From: an uncultured Clostridia bacterium
Lineage (GTDB): Bacteria; Bacillota; Clostridia; Oscillospirales; CAG-272
Assembly (NCBI GenBank): GCA_948466345.1
Contig: CAOKAC010000003.1
Location: 140,812 to 204,811, forward strand
Reading direction: 5' to 3'
DNA length: 64,000 bases
A model generated the notes under the pieces. That model was not told the origin of the DNA. It was given only the letters and a program-made list of their open reading frames with translations, and searched no databases. Every line of letters starts with the position of its first letter. Position 1 is the first letter of the stretch. Made by a program: the position numbers and the translations under genes. This document shows positions 55,614 through 64,000 of the stretch, in pieces.

Positions 55614-57218
55614 ATGATTACAGTTAGCAACTTATCCTTTCAATTTGACGGACAGTATTTGTTTAAAAATGTTGATCTGAAATTTACGCCGGGCAACTGC
55701 TACGGTGTAATCGGTGCAAATGGTGCAGGAAAATCTACATTTTTTAAGCTTTTGTATGGAGAATTGGAACCTACTACAGGAAATGTGGAGATTCCTCAGA
55801 CGGTGCGTATGTCCGTACTGCGTCAGGACCATTTTGCGTTCGACGCCTTTTCCGTTCTGGACACGGTTATTATGGGGAATCAACGTCTGTATGATATCAT
55901 GAAAGAGAAAGACGCCATCTATGCTAAGGAAGACTTTAGCGACGAAGACGGGATTCGCGCGGCGGAGCTGGAAGGCGAATTTGCCGAGCTGAACGGATGG
56001 GAAGCAGAGAGCGATGCAGCAAAGCTGCTGCAGGGACTAGGGCTGTCGATTGATATCCTGGAAACGGAAATGAGCGCGTTGCGTGACAGCGATAAAGTAA
56101 AAGTATTGCTGGCCCAGGCTCTTTTTGGAAATCCAGATATTATTTTGCTGGACGAGCCTACAAACGGACTGGATCTTGCTGCTACCAGATGGTTGGAGGA
56201 TTTTTTGGCAGATTATTTCGGTACGGTACTGGTAATCTCCCATGACCGGCATTTTCTAAACAATGTGTGTACCAACATTGTAGATATTGATTACAATGAA
56301 ATCAAAATGTATGTGGGGAACTACGAGTTTTGGTATGAGTCCAGCCAGCTGATCCAGCGGCTGATGAAGGCGCAGAATAAGAAAAACGAAGAAAAAATTA
56401 AGGATCTGCAGGAATTTATTTCTCGCTTCTCCGCAAATAAGTCTAAGTCTAGACAGGCTACCAGCCGTAAGAAGCTGTTGGACAAGCTGACGGTGCAGGA
56501 ATTGCCGGCATCCAGCAGACGCTATCCTTTTATAGGATTTGATATGGATCGGACGCCTGGAAAGGATATTTTATTCGTAACGGATCTTAAGAAAAGCGAA
56601 AACGGGCAGCCGCTTTTTTCGAATGTATCCTTTACGGTGGGGCGGGATGATAAAATTGCTTTTGTAGGTAATGAGCTTGCGATTACCGCTCTTTTTCGAG
56701 TTTTGATGGAAGAAACAGAGCCGGATGCCGGTTCCTTTAAATGGGGAATCAGTATTACTAAGTCTTATTTCCCGCATGACCATTCTGCGTATTTTAACGG
56801 GCATGATGAAAATATGCTGGACTGGCTGCGACCCCTTGCAAAAGATCAAACGGAAACGTATCTGCGGGGAATGCTGGGGCGCATGTTATTTTCCGGAGAC
56901 GCGCCTTTGAAAAAGGTCAGCGTGCTGTCCGGTGGGGAAAAGGTGCGGTGTATGTTTTCTAGAATGATGCTATTTGGGTCAAACTTTTTGATTGTAGACC
57001 AGCCCACCGATCACTTGGATTTGGAATCCATTACTGCAGTAAACAACGGTCTGCGGGATTTCAAGGGAAATGTCCTGCTTTCATCGCATGACTATGAGAT
57101 TGTAAATACCGTAGCAAACCGCATTATAGAAATCCGTCCGGACGGAATGACAGATTTCCTAGGTACATATGACGAGTATGTAGCCAAAAAGGAAGAAGAG
57201 GCGGTTCGATTAGCTTAG
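55614..57218 (+). CDS. ABC-F family ATPase (translation factor type)
   Basis: Two ABC cassettes (GANGAGKST, LLDEPTN; LSGGEKVR, IVDQPTDHLD) separated by a charged linker. No TM domain. Confidence 0.9.
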   Translation: MITVSNLSFQFDGQYLFKNVDLKFTPGNCYGVIGANGAGKSTFFKLLYGELEPTTGNVEIPQTVRMSVLRQDHFAFDAFSVLDTVIMGNQRLYDIMKEKDAIYAKEDFSDEDGIRAAELEGEFAELNGWEAESDAAKLLQGLGLSIDILETEMSALRDSDKVKVLLAQALFGNPDIILLDEPTNGLDLAATRWLEDFLADYFGTVLVISHDRHFLNNVCTNIVDIDYNEIKMYVGNYEFWYESSQLIQRLMKAQNKKNEEKIKDLQEFISRFSANKSKSRQATSRKKLLDKLTVQELPASSRRYPFIGFDMDRTPGKDILFVTDLKKSENGQPLFSNVSFTVGRDDKIAFVGNELAITALFRVLMEETEPDAGSFKWGISITKSYFPHDHSAYFNGHDENMLDWLRPLAKDQTETYLRGMLGRMLFSGDAPLKKVSVLSGGEKVRCMFSRMMLFGSNFLIVDQPTDHLDLESITAVNNGLRDFKGNVLLSSHDYEIVNTVANRIIEIRPDGMTDFLGTYDEYVAKKEEEAVRLA

Positions 57219-57247
57219 TCGTAATCCTTACTTTTTCGATAGCGCAT

Positions 57248-57277
57248 AAAAAAGGACACAGTACTGTGTCCTTTTTT
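57248..57277. terminator. bidirectional intrinsic terminator
   Basis: GGACACAGTACTGTGTCC palindrome flanked by an A-run and a T-run. Confidence 0.8.
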
Positions 57278-57288
57278 ATTACGAAGTA

Positions 57289-58392
57289 TTATGCTTTTTC
57301 CCGTTCAAAGAAATATTTTTGATTGTGACATTTGATACTCTGCACCAGCCCAATAAGCATATACATTGCCAGCAGAGAAGAGCCACCGTAACTCATAAAG
57401 GGAAGGGTGATTCCAATTACCGGCAGCATCGCCAGACACATTCCGATATTTTCCAGCGTTTGAAACATAAGAACCGCAACGACTCCGGCACAGATATATG
57501 CCCCGTAATCCTTTCGGGCGATGCGTGCAATCCAAATCAGACGGATTACCAGTGTGGTCATCAGCGCCATATATAAGAAACAGCCGAAAAATCCAAACTT
57601 TTCTGCAAGAATGGCGAAAATGAAATCGGAATAGCAGTCGGGAATGAGCTTATATTGAGTTCCTCCGGAAAATCCGGAGCCAAGAAATCCTCCAGCCGCT
57701 ATAGCAGTACGGCTGCTCAGTGCTTGAAACCCTTTTCCAAGAGGATCTAATTCTGGGTCGAACCCACAGATAATTCTCTGCCTCTGCGTTTCGCTCAAAA
57801 ATTTCCATAAAACAGGCGACGCTGCCGCGACAAGGGCAAACGCCCCGATAAAATACCAGATAGAAAGCCCGCCTACAAGGAGCATAACGGCGATGATTCC
57901 AAGATATACTAAGGCGGATCCCAGGTCTCCGGTCATTAAAACCAAACCAAAAATGATACCTCCATGAATAGCCAAGCCGGCTACATTTTTTATATGATTG
58001 ATATCGTCCTGTACACGTTTGATGTGCCGGGAATAAGTAATGATAAATAAAAACTTTACATATTCTGACGGCTGTATATCGAAAGGTACACCAGGGATAC
58101 GCAACCATGCCTTGTTTCCACGATCTCCTGCTCCAAAGACGATTACGGAGGCCATTGCAAGGACTGCTAGGACAAAAATCCATATACCGAAGCGTTTGAC
58201 CAGCTTGTCATAATCCAAATATGCCAGAACAAACATAACGCAGATGCCAAGGAGCGCCGCAATAGATTGCACTATCGCGTACCGTGAGCCAACTTTGTTT
58301 GCAGCTCCTGCTAGTGTAACAATAGAAAGGGCGGTCATACCCAGCACGCAAAATAGGATTACATAATCGATTTGACGCAGCTTTTCTTTCAA
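57289..58392 (-). CDS. FtsW/RodA/SpoVE family peptidoglycan glycosyltransferase
   Basis: 367 aa, about 10 TM helices. SEYVKF, GDLGSAL and PFMSYGGSS motifs of SEDS proteins. Confidence 0.85.
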   Translation of the reverse strand: MKEKLRQIDYVILFCVLGMTALSIVTLAGAANKVGSRYAIVQSIAALLGICVMFVLAYLDYDKLVKRFGIWIFVLAVLAMASVIVFGAGDRGNKAWLRIPGVPFDIQPSEYVKFLFIITYSRHIKRVQDDINHIKNVAGLAIHGGIIFGLVLMTGDLGSALVYLGIIAVMLLVGGLSIWYFIGAFALVAAASPVLWKFLSETQRQRIICGFDPELDPLGKGFQALSSRTAIAAGGFLGSGFSGGTQYKLIPDCYSDFIFAILAEKFGFFGCFLYMALMTTLVIRLIWIARIARKDYGAYICAGVVAVLMFQTLENIGMCLAMLPVIGITLPFMSYGGSSLLAMYMLIGLVQSIKCHNQKYFFEREKA

Positions 58393-58449
58393 AGAAACAG
58401 AAAACTCTTTCAGGGTAAAACCTCCTTTCTATATTAAATTCTCATATTT

Positions 58450-59889
58450 TTAATATGCGATTGCCCAGTATACCATATGCTTTGCAGGTTTACCGCAGCA
58501 GACGCACCGATCGGACAACTTCTCCTGCTGAAAGGGAATACACCGAGAGCATACACCCGTTTCTTCTTTTACCTGGTCTTCACAGGCTTCTTCACCGCAC
58601 CACATGGCCTTAACAAAGCCCTCTCCATTTTGCGCAATAGCGGTTTTAATTTCTTCTATGGTAGTGCAGGCGTAAGTATGCGCAGTCCGATTGGACAGCG
58701 CCTTTTCGTACATACCTGCACGCACCTGCTCTAACCGTTCTGCCACCACTTTTTCGATGTTTTCCAGTCCATCAAAATTCTTTTCACGATTGTGACGCTG
58801 GACAGTAACACATTTGCCTTCCGCAATATCCCGAGGCCCGATTTCAATACGAAGGGGAACACCCTTCATTTCATACTCGGCAAACTTCCATCCAGGAGAA
58901 TTGTCGCTGTCGTCTACTTTTACCCGGAATTGGCCCTTGAGACGATCCCGCAGAGCGTACGCTGCTTCCAATACTCCATCCTTTTGTTGCTGTACCGGAA
59001 TAATTACAACTTGAATGGGCGCTATAGCCGGAGGAAGTACTAGACCGTTGTTGTCGCCGTGAGACATAATGAGTCCGCCGATCATCCGGGTAGAAACGCC
59101 CCAGGACGTCTGGAAGGGATGTACCAGCTTATTTTCTTTATCGGTGTATTTTATATCAAAGGCTTTGGCAAAACCATCTCCGAAATAATGAGAGGTGCCT
59201 GCCTGCAACGCTTTTCCATCGTGCATAAGCGCCTCAATGGCGTAAGTGGCTTCCGCACCGGCAAACTTATCGCTTTCTGTTTTTCTTCCCTTGATCACCG
59301 GAATGGCCAAATCCTGTTCATGGAAATCAGCATAGCAGTTTAGCATACGAATGGTTTCTTCTTCTGCCTCTTTTGCTGTAGCATGAATAGTATGACCCTC
59401 CTGCCAAAGAAATTCTCTGGAACGCAGGAAAGGGCGAGTGGTTTTTTCCCACCGCACAACGGAACACCATTGATTATACAGTTTAGGCAGATCCCGGTAA
59501 GATTTCACTACGTTTGCATAGTGCTCACAGAATAGTGTTTCCGAGGTAGGGCGCACACAGATCCGTTCGGTGAGAGGCTCGCTTCCTCCATGCGTGACCC
59601 ATGCCACTTCCGGTGCAAAGCCCTCTACGTGTTCTTTTTCTTTATTTAACAGGGATTCCGGGATAAACATGGGCATATATACGTTTTCATGCCCGGTTTC
59701 TTTAAAACGAGCGTCCAGATTTTTTTGAATCAGCTCCCAGATTGCATATCCGTAAGGGCGGATTACCAGACAGCCTTTTACGCTGGAATATTCAATCAGT
59801 TCTGCTTTTTTGCAGATATCTGTATACCATTTTGCAAAATCCTCGTCCATGGAGGTGATTTGATCCACCATTTTTTTATCGTTTGCCAT
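58450..59889 (-). CDS. proS: proline--tRNA ligase (archaeal/eukaryote-like type)
   Basis: 479 aa. [36 protein letters not shown]-terminus, class II motifs, and a C-terminal Zn-binding domain ending ...WAIAY. Confidence 0.9.
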   Translation of the reverse strand: MANDKKMVDQITSMDEDFAKWYTDICKKAELIEYSSVKGCLVIRPYGYAIWELIQKNLDARFKETGHENVYMPMFIPESLLNKEKEHVEGFAPEVAWVTHGGSEPLTERICVRPTSETLFCEHYANVVKSYRDLPKLYNQWCSVVRWEKTTRPFLRSREFLWQEGHTIHATAKEAEEETIRMLNCYADFHEQDLAIPVIKGRKTESDKFAGAEATYAIEALMHDGKALQAGTSHYFGDGFAKAFDIKYTDKENKLVHPFQTSWGVSTRMIGGLIMSHGDNNGLVLPPAIAPIQVVIIPVQQQKDGVLEAAYALRDRLKGQFRVKVDDSDNSPGWKFAEYEMKGVPLRIEIGPRDIAEGKCVTVQRHNREKNFDGLENIEKVVAERLEQVRAGMYEKALSNRTAHTYACTTIEEIKTAIAQNGEGFVKAMWCGEEACEDQVKEETGVCSRCIPFQQEKLSDRCVCCGKPAKHMVYWAIAY

Positions 59890-59958
59890 TGGTTACCTCT
59901 TTTATAAATGTAAATATAGTAAATATTGTATATCAGAATCGTCTGTTTGTCAAATAGC

Positions 59959-62442
59959 TTATTCCTTTTTTAGTCTAGCAAAGGATGCCATCAGCTTTTT
60001 AATTCCTATTTTATCAAATTCGACTTCATACAGTATATCTGATCCCATCGGTTTTACAGACAGTATTGTTCCGCTGCCAAAAGTAGTATGCCGGACTCTA
60101 GCTCCTTTATCAAAGCGTTCCAGTGATGCTGCCGCTGCAGTACGTGGGACGGCGCCCGTTTTGGGTCGCGGGGCTCCCATGCCGGATAAATTTCCAGTAT
60201 AAGCTGCCCGTTCTTCTCCGGTTCCGTACCCACTGCCGGGTGCGTTTTTGTTGTAGATAGGAGTGCTGCCGGAGTGTTGGAATGTTCCCTTGGTATAAGC
60301 GCGCTCACCGACCGACTGATAATCGGTAAAGGTATCGTCTGCCTCTTGTAAAAGCCAAGGTGGAATCTCACCAGCAAAGCGGGATTTTTTATTGTATTGG
60401 GTGCTGCCGTTAAGCATACGCTGGTGTACATGGGTGATGTAAAGCCGCTGCCTAGCCCGGGTAATAGCTACATATGCCAGGCGTCGCTCCTCCTCGATTT
60501 CCGTAGGGTTCATGATAGCCTGAAATCCCGGAAAGATGCCTTCCTCCCAACCGGGGAGAAATACATTTTGAAATTCCAATCCCTTTGCGCTGTGAATGGT
60601 CATTAGCACTACAGCGTCCGCAGCTTCGTCATATCGGTCAATATCCGAGACAAGCGCTACGTCTTCCAGAAATTCAGACAGGGAAGGGGTGGCAGTTGTA
60701 CTTTCGTACTGCGCAGCGGTGGAAACCAATTCACCGATATTATCCAGCCGTTCCTTCTCCGCGTCGCCGGCTGCGATCCACATTGCCTGATACCCGGATT
60801 TTACACAGACTTTTTCAATAAGTGCAGAGATTTTTGAATCCTTTGCATCTGTCCTCAGTTCATCTATCAGCTTTGCCAAGGCCATCATAGCCTTGGCAGC
60901 GCTGGAGGGAATTGCAGTATATGTATTCGCACGTGCTAAAACATCCAGCAGGGGAATCTGTAGTTCATCGGCAATTGCCATAGCCGCCCCGATGCTTTTT
61001 TCACCAATTCCACGGCGAGGCGTATTGATAATTCTTCGCAGGCGCACGCTGTCCGCCGGGTTATTGACAACGGATACATAGGCTAAGACATCTTTGATTT
61101 CTAAGCGGTCAAAGAATCGTAAGGCTCCCAGCATGCGATAGGGAATACCGCTTTTGGCCAGCGCCTGTTCAATAGCGCGGGACATGGCGTTGGTTCGGTA
61201 CAGAACGGCAAAGGAAGAAAATGCGCCGCCGTCCTCGTGCAGTTCTCCAATCGTATCCGATATAAAACGGGCTTCGTCTAACTGAGTAGAGAGCTTTTTC
61301 AAAAAGATTTTTTCTCCTTCATCTCCCTGGGTCCACAGTTTTTTGCCTTTTCTTTCTTTGTTATGCACAATAACCGCATTTGCAGCGTCCAAAATTCGTT
61401 TGGTAGAACGGTAGTTTTGCTCTAGGCGAATTACTTTTGCGTTTGGATAGGTATTGTCAAAAGTGAGGATATTTTCAATGGTAGCGCCACGAAATTTGTA
61501 GATGGACTGGTCGTCGTCTCCAACTACCATCAGATTTTTATATCCCCCTGCTAGAAGGGATACCAGCTCAAATTGGGCGCGGTTTGTATCCTGATATTCG
61601 TCAATGGAAATATAGCGAAACCGGTTTTGCAGATTTTGCCGTACGTTCTCAAAGCTTTGCAGCAGGGTGACTGTCTGCATGATGATATCGTCAAAGTCCA
61701 GCAGGTTGGAAGCCTGCAGACGGGACTGATATAATTCGTAAACCTGACCGATTTTGCGCAGCCGGCTGTCGCTTCCTACTTCCGTTTGGTACTCTTCCGG
61801 AGTCATTAGATGGTTTTTGGCTCTACTGATTTCTGTAAGAATGCTTTTGGCAGGAAGAAATTTAGCGTCAATATTCAACTGCTTCATACATTCCGCAATC
61901 AGCTTTTTCTGGTCGTCTGTATCCGCGATACCAAAGCCGGATCCATACCCTACCAATTCTCCGTGTCTACGCAGGATTCTCATGCAAACAGAGTGAAACG
62001 TACCGGTCCAGATATCCTGTACCTGTGATGCGTCCTCTCCAAAAATAGAAGTAAGCCTTGCCTTGATTTCCCCGGCAGCTTTATTTGTGAAGGTGACAGC
62101 TAATACAGACCATGCCGGCGGTGGGTTTACCGCGAAGCGCTCTAAATATTCCCCGAGCTGTTCTCCATCCAACTGCATAGCTTCTGTCATAGACTGTAAG
62201 TCGTCGGAGGTACAGTCTTCCGGTACATAATCTGTCATGTATGCGTCGCCGTAACGAATGATGTACGCAAGACGACTAACAAGAACGGTTGTTTTTCCAC
62301 TGCCCGCTCCTGCTAAAATCATCAGCGGATGATGAATGGTATAGATACATTCCCGCTGTTGGCTGTTCAGGTGGCCATAATATTTATCAAATAGCTTACG
62401 TTTCTGCACAGTATACTGCAGACGCAGAGTTTCGTTTTCCAT
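59959..62442 (-). CDS. pcrA: ATP-dependent DNA helicase PcrA/UvrD
   Basis: Walker A AGAGSGKTT, DEYQDTN, VGDDDQSIY, TIHSAKGLEF and VAITRA helicase motifs. C-terminal Tudor-like FGSGTI. Confidence 0.9.
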   Translation of the reverse strand: MENETLRLQYTVQKRKLFDKYYGHLNSQQRECIYTIHHPLMILAGAGSGKTTVLVSRLAYIIRYGDAYMTDYVPEDCTSDDLQSMTEAMQLDGEQLGEYLERFAVNPPPAWSVLAVTFTNKAAGEIKARLTSIFGEDASQVQDIWTGTFHSVCMRILRRHGELVGYGSGFGIADTDDQKKLIAECMKQLNIDAKFLPAKSILTEISRAKNHLMTPEEYQTEVGSDSRLRKIGQVYELYQSRLQASNLLDFDDIIMQTVTLLQSFENVRQNLQNRFRYISIDEYQDTNRAQFELVSLLAGGYKNLMVVGDDDQSIYKFRGATIENILTFDNTYPNAKVIRLEQNYRSTKRILDAANAVIVHNKERKGKKLWTQGDEGEKIFLKKLSTQLDEARFISDTIGELHEDGGAFSSFAVLYRTNAMSRAIEQALAKSGIPYRMLGALRFFDRLEIKDVLAYVSVVNNPADSVRLRRIINTPRRGIGEKSIGAAMAIADELQIPLLDVLARANTYTAIPSSAAKAMMALAKLIDELRTDAKDSKISALIEKVCVKSGYQAMWIAAGDAEKERLDNIGELVSTAAQYESTTATPSLSEFLEDVALVSDIDRYDEAADAVVLMTIHSAKGLEFQNVFLPGWEEGIFPGFQAIMNPTEIEEERRLAYVAITRARQRLYITHVHQRMLNGSTQYNKKSRFAGEIPPWLLQEADDTFTDYQSVGERAYTKGTFQHSGSTPIYNKNAPGSGYGTGEERAAYTGNLSGMGAPRPKTGAVPRTAAAASLERFDKGARVRHTTFGSGTILSVKPMGSDILYEVEFDKIGIKKLMASFARLKKE

Positions 62443-62645
62443 AACATCTCCGTTCTTTTGGGAAAAAGTATCAATTAAAATTATACCATATCGCTCTATT
62501 CTTGTCTATAAAGGGACGACAAATTTCCATGAAATCTTTCTCTATTTTACGTTTGACACGGTATTTTTATAAAATCTATTTACAGAATCAAATTAAATGT
62601 GGTATGATATTGTTGCAATATTATTAAGAAGAGGATGTGAATCCA

Positions 62646-63953
62646 ATGGAAAGATATTATCAGCCTGAGATTGAGTGCGCGCCGATTGAGAAAATCAAGG
62701 CGTGGCAAAATGAAAAGCTCGCCTCTCAGGTGCGGCATGTATGGGACAATGTGGCCTACTACAGGAATCTGATGCAGGAAAAGGGGGTTACGCCTGACGA
62801 TATCCGCAGCACAGATGATTTATATAAGCTGCCTTTTTTAACAAAAACGGATCTGCGGGATGCATATCCTTACGCCCTTTTGGCAAAGCCCCTGTCCGAC
62901 TGTGTCCGTATTCAGTCAACCAGCGGCACTACCGGTAAGCGTGTTGTAGCGTTTTATACGCAGAAGGATGTGGATTTGTGGGAAGAATGCTGTGCAAGAG
63001 CCATTGTAGCAGCTGGTGGTACAAAGGATGATGTATGTCAGGTTTGCTACGGATATGGTTTGTTTACCGGCGGACCTGGACTGCATGGTGGCTCCCACAA
63101 GGTTGGATGTCTGACCCTTCCTATGTCCAGCGGTAATACAGAACGGCAGATTCAATTTATGCTGGATCTGCAGTCTACAATTTTATGCTGTACCCCTTCT
63201 TATGCAGTATACATAGGCGAGACACTTCGGGAGATGGGATATTCTAAAGAGGATATCCATTTGAAAGCGGGCATCTTTGGTGCAGAACCATGGACCCAGG
63301 AAATGCGTCGGGATATTGAGAATACGTTGGGTATTCGGGCATATGATATATATGGACTGACGGAGACTTCCGGTCCTGGTGTGTCGTTCGAGTGCAGTGA
63401 ACAAACCGGGATGCATATCAATGAAGACCACTTCCTGGCGGAGATTATCGATCCCAACACGGGAGAGGTGCTGCCGGAGGGAAGCAAAGGAGAACTGGTA
63501 TTTACCAGCCTGGATAAAGAGGCGTTTCCGTTGCTACGATATCGGACAAGAGATATATGCGTGCTCAGTCGGAAAAAGTGTTCCTGCGGCAGAACCCATA
63601 TTAAAATGAGTAAGCCTATGGGCCGCAGTGATGATATGATGATTATCCGTGGAGTAAATGTTTTCCCATCTCAAATTGAAGCGGTACTACTGAAGCAGGG
63701 GTATACCTCCAATTATCAGATTGTAGTGGACCGGGTAGGCAGTACAGATACCTTTGATGTATATGTGGAAGTTACGGAAGAGCAATTTGCCGATACGGTA
63801 CGAGAACTGACATTGCATGAAGAACAGCTTGCTGGTGCTATGAAGCTGATGCTTGGCATCAATCCGAAGGTACATCTGGTACAGCCAAAATCCATTGCAC
63901 GCAGCGAGGGAAAAGCTGTACGAGTAGTTGACAAAAGAAAGCTGCATGACTAA
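62646..63953 (+). CDS. phenylacetate--CoA ligase family protein (PaaK-like)
   Basis: ATG 62646 behind GAGGA. MERYYQPEIE start, SSGTTGK-type motif (STSGTTGKRV), YGLTE, RYRTRD. Confidence 0.85.
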   Translation: MERYYQPEIECAPIEKIKAWQNEKLASQVRHVWDNVAYYRNLMQEKGVTPDDIRSTDDLYKLPFLTKTDLRDAYPYALLAKPLSDCVRIQSTSGTTGKRVVAFYTQKDVDLWEECCARAIVAAGGTKDDVCQVCYGYGLFTGGPGLHGGSHKVGCLTLPMSSGNTERQIQFMLDLQSTILCCTPSYAVYIGETLREMGYSKEDIHLKAGIFGAEPWTQEMRRDIENTLGIRAYDIYGLTETSGPGVSFECSEQTGMHINEDHFLAEIIDPNTGEVLPEGSKGELVFTSLDKEAFPLLRYRTRDICVLSRKKCSCGRTHIKMSKPMGRSDDMMIIRGVNVFPSQIEAVLLKQGYTSNYQIVVDRVGSTDTFDVYVEVTEEQFADTVRELTLHEEQLAGAMKLMLGINPKVHLVQPKSIARSEGKAVRVVDKRKLHD

Positions 63954-63979
63954 TTGGCAGCAGAGAAAGGATGAAATCC

Positions 63980-64000
63980 ATGAGTGTCAAACAAGTTTCT
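63980..64000 (+). CDS. 5' end of probable ACT-domain protein (partial)
   Basis: AAAGGA RBS and an MSVKQVS start, typical of the small ACT proteins that follow PaaK-like genes. Only 7 codons are visible. Confidence 0.35.

Overview
This window looks like a chromosomal segment of a spore-forming anaerobic Firmicute. By gene content it is Clostridia, Oscillospiraceae/Ruminococcaceae-like: cotJ genes, cohesin-type surface proteins, FakA/FakB and PaaK+ACT. I support about 60 protein-coding genes and found no rRNA, tRNA, CRISPR array, transposase or integrase. Most genes are housekeeping: rpmB, guaB, proC, proS, pcrA, rnhA, ispE, nadB/nadC, nnr, alr, rodA/ftsW-type, ABC-F and a two-component system. 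Supported RNA and regulatory elements are a preQ1-I riboswitch before queT, a T-box leader, a MarR promoter/operator palindrome, and several sigma-A-type promoters and intrinsic terminators. Items worth a second look: (1) a probable Leu (CUC) T-box controls an unusual fusion of a xylose-isomerase-like TIM barrel to an acyl-CoA synthetase. (2) An intact but orphan phage packaging module (terS-terL-portal-Prp-like protease) has no capsid, tail or integrase genes. It is followed by a roughly 11% cysteine protein with a run of eight Cys encoded by a TGY repeat. (3) A six-gene operon interleaves pxpABC (5-oxoprolinase) with the two domain families of D-glutamate cyclase and ends with alanine racemase. 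(4) A nadC-nadB operon carries a DUF362/ferredoxin gene where nadA would be expected. (5) cotJA-cotJB are followed by only a 5' stub of cotJC. (6) Secreted cohesin-like and Ig-like proteins include one with seven His/Cys3 mini-repeats and two with NPxTGD sortase-type signals. All family assignments come from reading motifs by eye; no database search was run.
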